Positions 17,226 through 26,894 of a DNA stretch of 64,000 nucleotides are shown one piece after another. The stretch is from Candidatus Altiarchaeota archaeon (GTDB lineage: Archaea; Altiarchaeota; Altiarchaeia; IMC4; SCGC-AAA252-I15). The translations under genes and the position numbers were made by a program. Every line of letters starts with the position of its first letter. The stretch's first letter is position 1. A model generated the notes under the pieces. That model worked only from the letters and a program-made list of their open reading frames with translations, was not told where the DNA came from and did no database searches. The stretch covers positions 293,847 to 357,846 of the forward strand of contig JAZDNF010000009.1 in NCBI GenBank assembly GCA_043800255.1, written 5' to 3'.

Positions 17226-20099
17226 ATGAACACGACAAGACACCTCATTGTTACCCTAATCCTGCTGACTGCGCTCACAGGAGGCTGCCTAGATCAGAAG
17301 GCATCCTGCGATGACGGGAAATGCGGACTTGGAGATTGCCAAAATTGCAATGAGACAATAGACTTCGGAGTCGATATCGGAACCGCTACTGTGTACGAGT
17401 ATTATGCGAAAACTGCAGGCAAACAGTTCATGCCGCGCATAAGGGACTTAGGCATTAACGTTTCGAGGGTAGAAATCCTGTGGGGGAAAATCGAAAGGCT
17501 CCCACCCAAGAATGGCAGACACGACTATGATTGGACAATGATAGACGGATTGTTGGGCCAGATGCAAGAAGGCGACACGATGCTGCTGACAGTGGCAACC
17601 TCTTCTCCGTGGGCCACAGAGGAGTATGTTCAGGGTATAGGAGTGGGGAGTCCGATAAAGGAGGACTCACGATGCGCGCAAGACATACGAGAAAAAGGTC
17701 TGCCGCCGATGGGAATGACATGCTACCAAGCGTACGAAGAGTTCATGAAAGAGCTTGTAACACACACAAATGGAAGGATAGAGCACTGGAATCGTGATAC
17801 CGAACCAGGAACTGCAAGGCACTGGCCGGCTGACAAATTTGTCGAATATGTTGAAACTCAAAAGATATTCTACAGGTCGATTAAATCAATACAGCCGGAT
17901 GCTGTTGTTATTGGCGGGGGTCACACCGGCGTTTTTAACGATGGCCAGCCGGCCCAGAAGGCTTTTTTCGATTATTTTTTGAAAAATGCAGAGGATTATT
18001 TTGACATGTTTGACGTGAGGCTTTACTGGGACAAGTATGCCCAAGACGCGTCCATCAGCTATAGGATCAATTGGTTCAGAGACCGGATGCGAGATTTCGG
18101 TTATACAAAGCCGATTGCAAGCACGGAATACGGGGGGCCCACGCCCCAGGAATTCCCTCAAGAAGCCGATTTCGTGGAAAAATGGTGCGTCTCAAACAGG
18201 TATGTGACTGCAAGGGAAAGCTGGGATGAGCTGTACGAATGCACAGAAGCGATGAAATCGCTTGGAATCCTGCCGCCACAAATCGAAATGTTCCTTGACG
18301 ATGCTCCAGCAGAGCTTGACGCAAAAAGGGACAGGATACAATGCAGGGACAACGTGCAGAGGACGGTTTTAATTGCCGCTGAAGGCGTCAGATACATGGG
18401 GCTTTGGAACCTCTTCGAACCCAACACAGTCCAAGGTGGACCAGTGAACCCGATTTTCGGCAAAATGCGTTTAATGGACATGAGGAATGACTCTAAAAGG
18501 CAAGCGTACTATTGCTACCAGCGGATGGCAGAAAAGCTTGAGAGTATGACATCAGCTTATAGGCTGGATGCTGGAGACGAGAACATCCACTTCTACAGGA
18601 TAGCCAAACAAGACGGTACAATTCTTTACGTAGTCTGGCATAGGAGGGATATGTTCAGGGGCGAGGACGAGCCAGCGGTCGCATTCAGGTATGACATCGG
18701 CTTTAACGGCGCAAAAATAACAGACGTTTTCGGAAATGAGAGGGAAAAATCAAACGCAGACGGCATCATCAACTTGGACATAACGGATACGCCGATGTTC
18801 ATCGAAGACCTTGGATTAGGCCAGGGGCAGCCTGCTGATTCGGGAATAATAAACAGAACACAGATAATTGTTGAAGAGATGATTCCAAAGGACAGCAGGT
18901 TTGGGACTATCAATTTTGCCAGTAATTTCCCGCAGTTCAGCGGCAAAGTTGTTGAGTCATTCGACGAAATCGGAGTCAGCTTAATAAGGTGGAACGTCAG
19001 GTGGGAGGACCTGGAACCGGAGAGAGGAGTCTACGACTTCGACTCGTTTGATGAGGCGATAAAACCTTACCTTGACAGCGGGATTGAGATTCTGGTGATG
19101 ATCACCACGAGGAATCCGGACAACTGCAATCCAATGTATTGTAAGGGAAAAATCAGCGACCAGAGTCTGCAGCATGCTGGATTCCCGCCAGCAGATTATG
19201 ACGACTACTACGACTTCATATACAATTTCACAAGACATTTCTCAGGCAAAATCAGCATGATACAGGTTGACAACGAGGTGAACGACTATGGCGTGTACTG
19301 GCAGGCCCCATACTATGAGTACAAGAACGTCGTCAACACTGCCTACAGGGCTGTGAAAGACGCAGACCCTGACATGCCAGTCGTCCTCGCAGGATTCGCC
19401 TCCCCTGAGTGGATTATGCAAAAGAACGAAACAATTTTCAGGATGGCTGAGGACGTGCTTGCCAATACATCATATGACGTGGTAGACATCCACTTCTATC
19501 ACGACTACAGAACCATGCCTGAAAAGATTAAGTGGTTCAGAGACAGAGGCGTGAAAAATCTCATCTCGACGGAATGCAGCGGCCCAGACCCGAGCAGCAA
19601 CACGCCCGAAGGCCGGGCTGAGCAGCCGAGTGAGATGGTCAAGAGATTCACCCTCGGCTTCAGCGAGGGCCTGCAGAGGATAAACTGGTTCAGCTTCGTT
19701 GACCTGTTAGGCGAGGCCCCGAAGTTCAAGTACATGGGATTGGTTCATGTGCCCTACGATGAACTGAAGAGGGGGAACCTGAGAATCGTGAAGAAACCCG
19801 CTTACTACACGTATAAGATGATGACCGAGAAACTGGCTGGCTTCGAATCCGTTGATAGGCTGTATTTGGGCGAGGGAGTGTTCGGTTTCAGGTTCATAGT
19901 AGGAGATAAAACTGTGATGGTTGCATGGACTGACAGAGGGGAGAAAAATGTTGACATTTCGTCGCATATGCCGACTTCGGAGATTAAAATTACTAGGATA
20001 ATAACTGCAGAGGGGCAGACCGAGCCTGAGATCCATATCGCTCCTGCCGGCAATGTAACTGTGAGCGAATCTCCCGTATTTCTGGAACAGTTAGGCTAG
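17226..20099 (+). CDS. Lipoprotein with two tandem clan GH-A (GH39/GH5-like) TIM-barrel domains
   Basis: Lipobox GGC; domain 1 RDTEP/STEYG, domain 2 DNEV/STECS; each followed by a beta-sandwich ending PxFxE. Confidence 0.72.
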   Translation: MNTTRHLIVTLILLTALTGGCLDQKASCDDGKCGLGDCQNCNETIDFGVDIGTATVYEYYAKTAGKQFMPRIRDLGINVSRVEILWGKIERLPPKNGRHDYDWTMIDGLLGQMQEGDTMLLTVATSSPWATEEYVQGIGVGSPIKEDSRCAQDIREKGLPPMGMTCYQAYEEFMKELVTHTNGRIEHWNRDTEPGTARHWPADKFVEYVETQKIFYRSIKSIQPDAVVIGGGHTGVFNDGQPAQKAFFDYFLKNAEDYFDMFDVRLYWDKYAQDASISYRINWFRDRMRDFGYTKPIASTEYGGPTPQEFPQEADFVEKWCVSNRYVTARESWDELYECTEAMKSLGILPPQIEMFLDDAPAELDAKRDRIQCRDNVQRTVLIAAEGVRYMGLWNLFEPNTVQGGPVNPIFGKMRLMDMRNDSKRQAYYCYQRMAEKLESMTSAYRLDAGDENIHFYRIAKQDGTILYVVWHRRDMFRGEDEPAVAFRYDIGFNGAKITDVFGNEREKSNADGIINLDITDTPMFIEDLGLGQGQPADSGIINRTQIIVEEMIPKDSRFGTINFASNFPQFSGKVVESFDEIGVSLIRWNVRWEDLEPERGVYDFDSFDEAIKPYLDSGIEILVMITTRNPDNCNPMYCKGKISDQSLQHAGFPPADYDDYYDFIYNFTRHFSGKISMIQVDNEVNDYGVYWQAPYYEYKNVVNTAYRAVKDADPDMPVVLAGFASPEWIMQKNETIFRMAEDVLANTSYDVVDIHFYHDYRTMPEKIKWFRDRGVKNLISTECSGPDPSSNTPEGRAEQPSEMVKRFTLGFSEGLQRINWFSFVDLLGEAPKFKYMGLVHVPYDELKRGNLRIVKKPAYYTYKMMTEKLAGFESVDRLYLGEGVFGFRFIVGDKTVMVAWTDRGEKNVDISSHMPTSEIKITRIITAEGQTEPEIHIAPAGNVTVSESPVFLEQLG

Positions 20100-20143
20100 G
20101 TTCTGGCGTTCTTTATTCCGGGATGCCATAATATTATTGTACA

Positions 20144-21565
20144 ATGTCTGAGAGGATTAAGCACTGGGTAGAGAAGGTAAGAAAGGGCGAAACAGAGAAT
20201 CCCTTGCTGGATATCCTGCCGAAGACAATCCAAAAGATCAGAGAAAGAGCCAGAGAGATGGTCCCAGAAGTGCCGCCTGAAGTCAGGGAGATGCAGGCCA
20301 GGATAGCGCAAAAGTTCGACTATACCGCGGAGATGCCGCTGAACCTGGACGTGAAAAGCTTTGAAAAATTCGACCCAGAGCACAGGTTCCCGGCATATTA
20401 TCAGAATAACAGGGTCGGAAGATTCTATCACATGACCTTCGACTCGCACGACGCTGAGGGGAATACATTAAAAGTCCCTGCGCTTCTCGTGATTCCGAAG
20501 AATATTCCAGAAGGCGTGAAAAACGAGAGAGGAGAAATTCCCGCTATCATCTACTCCCACGGAATGAGAGACGACAAGGACGGCACCTACCAGCGCGAGA
20601 TAGACAAGATGACAGCTGCGAAGACAGGAACGCCGGTGGAAGAGGGAATACACCAGAGGATCATCGAGGGAATAGTCGGCAGCGGATATGCTTTCATAGC
20701 CTGCGACCACCCCTACCACGGCGAACTCTCCAACAGGTGGAAACAGAGTTCCTTGGGGAACAGCATCGGCTCCATGAAAGCGTACATGGGGGCGCTGGGA
20801 TATTATGAAGCCTGGAAGGCCAAGAAAGACGGTAGAGAATACCAGTACGAGAACCTCTTCATAGGCAGACCCGAACTGGCTAACAACAAAAAAGAGGGGC
20901 TCATTGTAGGCATGGTCGACACAATCGTTGGGGTTACAAGGAAGATAAAGTCACTTGGGGATAGGACCGTGTTAGCCAAGGATGGCATATACCGTGCAGT
21001 CACGAGCATAAGACGCGAGTTAGATCTCATAGATGTTGGCCTGGATAAGGCAAGCCGCGGCGGGCCTGACGTCAGGATAGACCTTAACAGGGTGGGACTG
21101 CTCGGCATCAGCTTCGGCGGCATTGTGGGAGCCATAGCCTCGGGAATCGATGACAGGATAAAAGCAAGAGTCCTCATCAATACCGGAGGCGTACCAGATG
21201 ACAGGTGCGACGAAATCGTTGAAGACATAGAAAAGGGAGTCAGAGAGGGAAAACTCTCAAGAAATGACGCCAACAGGAGGATAGAGGTTCTGGAGATGAT
21301 AAACCCGGCGAACCTCATCGGGCCGGTGGCGGAACACAACCCAATACCCACTCTCCTTCTGATATCAGGCAGGGACGAAGTATTCTCAAGGAGGAGGTCA
21401 ATGCTACTTGCTGACTCAGCAAGAGGTGACGTCAGGACTAAAACGTATGGAAACGCGGACCACAGGATCATGCCCATGGACGACGTCGTCAGAGACGTCA
21501 GAGGATTCTTCGAGGAGAAATTCAGGATCGAGAAGCCAAAACGGTGGAAAAGGTATTTCAGGTGA
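20144..21565 (+). CDS. Alpha/beta hydrolase
   Basis: YSHG, GISFG nucleophile elbow, GRDE acid, ADH base. Confidence 0.75.
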   Translation: MSERIKHWVEKVRKGETENPLLDILPKTIQKIRERAREMVPEVPPEVREMQARIAQKFDYTAEMPLNLDVKSFEKFDPEHRFPAYYQNNRVGRFYHMTFDSHDAEGNTLKVPALLVIPKNIPEGVKNERGEIPAIIYSHGMRDDKDGTYQREIDKMTAAKTGTPVEEGIHQRIIEGIVGSGYAFIACDHPYHGELSNRWKQSSLGNSIGSMKAYMGALGYYEAWKAKKDGREYQYENLFIGRPELANNKKEGLIVGMVDTIVGVTRKIKSLGDRTVLAKDGIYRAVTSIRRELDLIDVGLDKASRGGPDVRIDLNRVGLLGISFGGIVGAIASGIDDRIKARVLINTGGVPDDRCDEIVEDIEKGVREGKLSRNDANRRIEVLEMINPANLIGPVAEHNPIPTLLLISGRDEVFSRRRSMLLADSARGDVRTKTYGNADHRIMPMDDVVRDVRGFFEEKFRIEKPKRWKRYFR

Positions 21566-21607
21566 ATGCGCTTTTTAAAGTTAATTCACATAATACTTGT
21601 CGTTAAG

Positions 21608-22252
21608 ATGTCACTGATGGGGATGGGCGGTGATAAGCCCTCAGAAAGCCACAAGATGTGGTTGATTCCGGCTGCGATAGCGGTTGTTATGCTCTTTGTT
21701 ATCGGGACAATAGGCATCTTAGGAGTTTATTACATACTCTCCCGCGGATCAGAACCTGATGCAGAGCTTACGACAAGCACGACAACAACAAGCACGACGT
21801 CAACATCCAGCATCCTGACAACCTCAAGCGCGCCGTCCACGACTTCGCTGGCAAGCACGAGCAGCGTCCCCACGACGACTGCCCCCACATGCGATGACGG
21901 GGTGATAAACCAGGATGAGGAGGACGTTGACTGCGGGGGACCGTGCGACCCGTGCATGAAGTCAGCCGAGAAGGTAGCCCTCTGCCTGTCCATGAAGGGC
22001 GTCACATTATACATGAGGAATGACGACGTCTGCCTCCAGTGCAAATCCATAAGAGAATACTTCGGCAACTCATTAAGCTTGATAAATGTGATAGACTGCG
22101 ACGAAAGCGACAACGAGGACAGCTGCGACGACATGCTGGACACTGCAAAAGAGCAGGAAAAACGGCAGGGTTATCCCACATGGAACATCCTGGGCGAACT
22201 GTACCCAGGCGCTGGAGTGGAAAGGATTAAAGCTGTTACGAACTGCAAGTGA
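21608..22252 (+). CDS. Membrane-anchored protein: Thr/Ser linker, Cys-rich repeat, glutaredoxin-like domain
   Basis: TM, T-rich linker, CDDGVINQDEEDVDCGGPCDPC, CLQC, GYPTW. Confidence 0.7.
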   Translation: MSLMGMGGDKPSESHKMWLIPAAIAVVMLFVIGTIGILGVYYILSRGSEPDAELTTSTTTTSTTSTSSILTTSSAPSTTSLASTSSVPTTTAPTCDDGVINQDEEDVDCGGPCDPCMKSAEKVALCLSMKGVTLYMRNDDVCLQCKSIREYFGNSLSLINVIDCDESDNEDSCDDMLDTAKEQEKRQGYPTWNILGELYPGAGVERIKAVTNCK

Positions 22253-22269
22253 CTTCAGAAGCTATAACC

Positions 22270-22674
22270 TTATTCGACCTCGTATCCTGCAGATTTCCAG
22301 GCTCTCACACCGCCCTTCAGGTTGTAGACGTTAGTGTAGCCCAGTTCCACTAGATCCTCCGAGGCCTTCGTGCTCATACTCCCGCTCCTGCAGTAGACTG
22401 CAATAGGTGTGCTCCTGTTCTTAGGGAGTAGATCAGCGTTTTCCTTGATGTCGGTGTAGGGTATGAACGCATCGGTCCCATTGATGTGACTCTGCTCTGG
22501 AATGTGAACGTCCAACACGAAGGTGTTCGAGTCGTCCACCAGAACCTTGAACTCCTGAGCAGATAGGTCAGAGTAGCCCTTAGTCCCTGAGGAGCCTCCC
22601 AGGCAACCGCTCAATGAGACAAAAACGCCCAGCAACATCAGAGAACACACCCTGTTGGGGATATTAGACCTCAT
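22270..22674 (-). CDS. Rhodanese-domain lipoprotein
   Basis: LSGC lipobox; LDVH, YCRSGSMS active loop, NLKGGVRAW. Confidence 0.85.
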   Translation of the reverse strand: MRSNIPNRVCSLMLLGVFVSLSGCLGGSSGTKGYSDLSAQEFKVLVDDSNTFVLDVHIPEQSHINGTDAFIPYTDIKENADLLPKNRSTPIAVYCRSGSMSTKASEDLVELGYTNVYNLKGGVRAWKSAGYEVE

Positions 22675-22723
22675 TTCTTGTGTTATTGGGAAGCAGACCA
22701 TAATAAATTCAATCCTAGCGGGA

Positions 22724-23155
22724 CTATAGGCACGAGCCGCGGCTGCACGTGCCGACCCTGTAGACATAATGCAGGGTCACGTTCTCCCTGCCAACGGCGT
22801 CCTCGCCGAAGCAGCAGCAGGTGTCATATTTCATGTCCGCACAGTAACGGCTGCCTGCCCTGCTCTTGACCTCACTGTTCAATCGGCACTCCATCAGGTT
22901 GCGCCTGCAGTAGCCTCCAACGAAGCCGTCAGACTGGCACACGCCCCCGCAGCTCTCCAAGTTTATCGTTGAAGTCGAAGTGGAAGACGATGTCGAAGTT
23001 GAAGACGTCGTCGAAGTTGAGGTGGTAGTAGTTAGCACGACAGTGGACGTGACAGTAGTCCCAGACAGGGTACTTGTGACCGGCGCCTGCCTCTCGCTGC
23101 CAATGCAGCCTGACAATAAGACGACAGCCATCACGACAACAGTGCATAGTCTCAT
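22724..23155 (-). CDS. Cys-rich lipoprotein with Thr/Ser linker
   Basis: LSGC lipobox, long T/S tract, Cys-rich C-terminal domain (DTCCC). Confidence 0.7.
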   Translation of the reverse strand: MRLCTVVVMAVVLLSGCIGSERQAPVTSTLSGTTVTSTVVLTTTTSTSTTSSTSTSSSTSTSTINLESCGGVCQSDGFVGGYCRRNLMECRLNSEVKSRAGSRYCADMKYDTCCCFGEDAVGRENVTLHYVYRVGTCSRGSCL

Positions 23156-23215
23156 AGGCTATACCCCTTTGGTAGGTAGCATAGAAAAAGCATGCAGTAA
23201 CCAGAAGGAAAGCAG

Positions 23216-24154
23216 CTATACTGAAAGTTGGGAGTCTATCACCTGCTCGAACACCTCATAAGGCTGCGCCCCTATTATCGCGATGCCGTTCACGAAGAAT
23301 GTCGGGGTTGCGGAAACCATCCCAAGCTCATTGCCGTCGTTCACGTCCGCCATGACCTCCTCGGCGTACTTGCCTGAGTCCAGGCACTCGTCAAATTTTT
23401 TGGAATCGAACCCGAGTTCGACTGCATGCCGCTTAAGGTCTGATATGTTCAGTTCGCTGGGACTGTCATAGAGCCTGTCATGGTACGCCCAGAACCTACC
23501 CTGCTCGTTCGCGCATTGTGCTGCCTCGGCAGCCTTTGGAGCGTAGTCGTGGATCGTCAGAGGAAAGTCCCTGTAAACCAGTTTCACTTTGCCGGTGTGT
23601 ATGTAATCCTTTTCCAGGAGAGGGAGCGTCTCCCTGTAGAATTTCGCGCAGAACGGGCACTCGAAGTCAGAAAACTCGACTATCGTGACGGTTGCGTTCT
23701 CGCTGCCCTTCACAGGGTCGTCATCAGCGCCGGGCGGGTTCAGGAACTTTCCGCCTCCGAGGGACGCAGGATTTATTACGTAAGAGCCCCCCTTCTCCAC
23801 GAGGGATTCATTCACTGCCTTGAAGTTCTCCTGCCGTTCCACGCTCTTGTCGAAGATGTAAGCCGGCAGGACTGTTATGCCAAGCTCGCCTATAAGTTCT
23901 CCCGCCTCCTTTGAGGAGCCGTCAATCTCCCTGACCTGAACGTTCGGGAAAACCTTGTTCCGCGTGTAGGCTATAATCTGGGAAGTATCGCATATTCCGC
24001 AGCCAGGAGCGGATATCACCGTCAGCTCCACAGCAGGCCCTGAGATTGATGTCGTAGGAGCAAATGGGGCGCTTATGGTCGATGTCTCATTCGATTGTCC
24101 GATGCAGCCGCTCACCAGAACAATCCCAACCATCAAAAGATAAGCAAACCTCAT
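23216..24154 (-). CDS. DsbA-family thiol-disulfide oxidoreductase lipoprotein
   Basis: VSGC lipobox; extra CGIC domain; EFSDFECPFC, RDFPL, ATPTFFVNG, GAQP. Confidence 0.9.
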   Translation of the reverse strand: MRFAYLLMVGIVLVSGCIGQSNETSTISAPFAPTTSISGPAVELTVISAPGCGICDTSQIIAYTRNKVFPNVQVREIDGSSKEAGELIGELGITVLPAYIFDKSVERQENFKAVNESLVEKGGSYVINPASLGGGKFLNPPGADDDPVKGSENATVTIVEFSDFECPFCAKFYRETLPLLEKDYIHTGKVKLVYRDFPLTIHDYAPKAAEAAQCANEQGRFWAYHDRLYDSPSELNISDLKRHAVELGFDSKKFDECLDSGKYAEEVMADVNDGNELGMVSATPTFFVNGIAIIGAQPYEVFEQVIDSQLSV

Positions 24155-24217
24155 AATCGTACCTTCAGCTATAGTATTCTGGCATATAAATAGGTGGACG
24201 AACAAACCGTGAAACTC

Positions 24218-25591
24218 TCAGAAGTACAGGTCCCGCTCACCCGCTTCTATCCGCTTAAGGCGTGCAAGAGTCTCTCCTCTTACGTTCTGGTCGGATATCT
24301 GCCCAATACACTTATTCAAGGCTGCTGCACCCAGCTCCCTAACGTCCTCTGAAGCGTAGTCCTCCAAGTACTCCTTGAACGTGAGGATGGCATTCGGCCT
24401 GCATAGCAGGTTTATGTTGCCTGGCTTCGCCAAGTCCATGAACGTCCTGCCGGTCCTAGCCTTCCTGTAGCAGGCGGTGCAGAAGCTCGGCAGCAGGTTC
24501 TGTCCTAGGACGCCCTTCAGGACCTCGTCAAGGGTGCGAGAATCTGAAAGAGAAAACTGAGTCAGCTCTCCATCGCCTCCATAGCCTCCAGGTGAGGTCC
24601 TAGACGCTGCCGAAGTCTGGGATATGCCTATCTCAAAAGCCTTCGCCCTCACCTCAGGCCGCTCCCTTGTGGAGATTATCATCCCAGTATAGGGCACGGC
24701 CAGCCTCAGTATGGCGATAACTTTGAGGAGTTCATCCTCTGACACTGGATAGGGGGGTTGCTCCCATCCCGTGGAGTCCGCAGGCTGCCATCTGGGAACA
24801 GAGAATGTGTGAGGACCCACCCCGAACACGTTATCCAGATACTGCGCATGCGAGATTAATCCCATAACCTCAGACTTATAATCGTACAGTCCGAATAAAA
24901 CGCCAAGCCCGACATCGTCGATTCCTGCCTTGAATGCCCTGTCGTGGGCGAAAAGCTGCCTCTCGTAGTCTGCCTTAGGACCATCGTGCAACTTCTCATA
25001 GGTTTTCTGGTGGTAGGTCTCCTGGAACAGCTGGTAGGTGCCGATGCCAGCCTCCTTCAACCGCTTGTAGTCTTCGACCGTTGAGGCTGCCACGTTAACG
25101 TTCACCCTCCTGATTTCGCCTCTCCCATGTTTTGTGCTGTAGATCGTGTTGATTACGTCAACTGCGTAGTCTATTGTGTTAAGAGGGTGTTCGCCGAACT
25201 CCAGCAGGAGCCTCTTGTGGCCCATGCCCTCCAGGATTCTGACCTGTTCTTCGACCTCTTTCAATGTGAGCCTTTTCCTGGGCGCGGGGTTGCTGCGGTG
25301 GAAGCCGCAGTATTCGCAGTCGTTAACGCAGTAGCTCGATACGTACAGTGGCGCGAAGAAGACCAGGCGTTCGCCATAGATTTCTCTCTTGATTCTTCCA
25401 GCAGCTTCGAATACTTCTGACAGCAGCTGGGGATCTTCCACGTTCAACAGACAGGCCACGTCCTTCAGAGATAATCCCTTCTTCTTGAGAGCCCTCTCCA
25501 GGATGAACCTGACGTCATCAGGGGAAGGTTTCGCTCCCTCTGAGAGCAGGCTGCTGATTTCTCCCCAGTCCACGATCTTTCCCACGTCCAT
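24218..25591 (-). CDS. hydG: [FeFe]-hydrogenase maturase HydG
   Basis: FAPLY.SSYCVNDCEYCGF, GEIRRVNVN, GIGTYQLFQETY, PHTFSVPR, and C-terminal FCTACYR...CRPNA auxiliary-cluster motif (absent in ThiH). Confidence 0.9.
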   Translation of the reverse strand: MDVGKIVDWGEISSLLSEGAKPSPDDVRFILERALKKKGLSLKDVACLLNVEDPQLLSEVFEAAGRIKREIYGERLVFFAPLYVSSYCVNDCEYCGFHRSNPAPRKRLTLKEVEEQVRILEGMGHKRLLLEFGEHPLNTIDYAVDVINTIYSTKHGRGEIRRVNVNVAASTVEDYKRLKEAGIGTYQLFQETYHQKTYEKLHDGPKADYERQLFAHDRAFKAGIDDVGLGVLFGLYDYKSEVMGLISHAQYLDNVFGVGPHTFSVPRWQPADSTGWEQPPYPVSEDELLKVIAILRLAVPYTGMIISTRERPEVRAKAFEIGISQTSAASRTSPGGYGGDGELTQFSLSDSRTLDEVLKGVLGQNLLPSFCTACYRKARTGRTFMDLAKPGNINLLCRPNAILTFKEYLEDYASEDVRELGAAALNKCIGQISDQNVRGETLARLKRIEAGERDLYF

Positions 25592-25592
25592 C

Positions 25593-26879
25593 CTATATTC
25601 CCAAGTCTGTCGGAGCCCTTCCTAGAGAATAAAGAAGCTCCAGAGTCTCCGTTATTCTGTCCTCGGTCGTCTTATTACTCTGGATTCCAGGATAAAGAGC
25701 ATAATTCTTTCCGTATTCTCCCGGAGTCAACTTTATCATCAGGGAGTTCGCGCCGGCCAGCAATCCCATCCGGGCAGCATCAGGGTCGAGGGTCTCCAGA
25801 GCTGTGGTCACGAGTATTTTGGCATCTGGGCTCAGCAGCCTGCTGACTGCCAGGACCTTGAGGACGGAGTCAACCTCACTAGGAACTGCTCCAGCCAGCG
25901 GAGTATCAGGGTTCGGGATGAACGGCCCGAAAGAGTGCATCTCAGCGCCCAACTCTTTTGTTAGGAGGATGTCGTTCATAAGGTCCTCCGTTGTCTGGCC
26001 TGGCAGACCTATCAATGAGCCGGTAGCTACCAGATACCCTAAATCTGCAGCGTGTCTTATCAGTTTCAGCCTGTCAGAGAGCTTCCCGCCAGGATGGAAT
26101 CTCCCATAGAGCTCCCTGTTCGAAGTCTCAAACCTGAGGAGGACTCCCCTGGCACCTGCCTCGTACATCCTCCGGTAGCATTCCCTGCCACGCTCGCCCA
26201 CGCTCATGAAGATGAGAACGCCACACTCCTCTTTTATTCTTCTGATTGTCTCGGTCAGTCTCTCGATTGAATACCATGAGTCCTCCCCAGACTGGAGGAC
26301 GAGAGCCTTGAAGCCGTGGACGTTGACAGCCTCCCCTGCGGCATCAACTATCTCGTCAACCGTCATCCTGTAGCGCGGCAGGCTGCCGTTCCCCTGCCGT
26401 ATTCCGCAGTAGGCGCAGTCCCTCCTGCAGTGGTTTGAGAACTCTATTATGCCGTGCACGCAGCAGGAGTTCTTAAGGTTCCTCTTCCGCATTAGGTTTG
26501 CAGTAGTGTACAACAACTTAAGTTCGCCATCATCTTCAGAGCCCAGAAGCCTCAGGATTTCATCGCTAGAGAGAGGCCTGCCAAGCGAGGCCTTGTCCAT
26601 CAGCTCAAGGAAGTCTTTGCCTGCAGTTGGAGGATTAACATTTGATAGCTTTTCATCCACCTTCTGAAGCTCGAAGAACGCCTCCCGCCAGGTTTCCAGC
26701 GTCTCCTCAGCCGCCTCCCTGGAGACCCTCTGGACCACGAAGCCCCCCTGCGCGTACACGTAATCTCCGACAGCCAAGTTATCGAACTCGTTCACGACTT
26801 TTCTATGCTCCCCGAAGTAGTCGACGACAGCTACCCTGTCGTTGAGCTCCACAACCCTGCCGGGAATCGCATAACACAT
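25593..26879 (-). CDS. HypC-domain::HydE-like radical SAM fusion
   Basis: N-term MCYAIPGRVVEL..AVVDYFG...VGDYVYAQGGFVVQRVS.EAAEETL (HypC fold); then CRRDCAYCG, YRM, LQSGED, LLRFETSN..LY..HP, GPFIPNPDTPL, GANSLM..LTP..YALYPG (HydE). Confidence 0.85.
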   Translation of the reverse strand: MCYAIPGRVVELNDRVAVVDYFGEHRKVVNEFDNLAVGDYVYAQGGFVVQRVSREAAEETLETWREAFFELQKVDEKLSNVNPPTAGKDFLELMDKASLGRPLSSDEILRLLGSEDDGELKLLYTTANLMRKRNLKNSCCVHGIIEFSNHCRRDCAYCGIRQGNGSLPRYRMTVDEIVDAAGEAVNVHGFKALVLQSGEDSWYSIERLTETIRRIKEECGVLIFMSVGERGRECYRRMYEAGARGVLLRFETSNRELYGRFHPGGKLSDRLKLIRHAADLGYLVATGSLIGLPGQTTEDLMNDILLTKELGAEMHSFGPFIPNPDTPLAGAVPSEVDSVLKVLAVSRLLSPDAKILVTTALETLDPDAARMGLLAGANSLMIKLTPGEYGKNYALYPGIQSNKTTEDRITETLELLYSLGRAPTDLGI

Positions 26880-26894
26880 GTAATAGAATCGGAT

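Noticed and set aside
24218-25591. ThiH in a thiamine operon (thiF/thiS/thiI nearby)
   Set aside because: The C-terminal CTAC...C cluster motif and GEIRRVNVN are HydG features; no thiG is present.
25593-26879. PylB (pyrrolysine) or BioB assignment for the radical SAM domain
   Set aside because: LLRFET, GPFIP.PDTPL and YALYPG motifs plus the adjacent hydG fit HydE; no pylS/C/D or tRNA-Pyl in the window.
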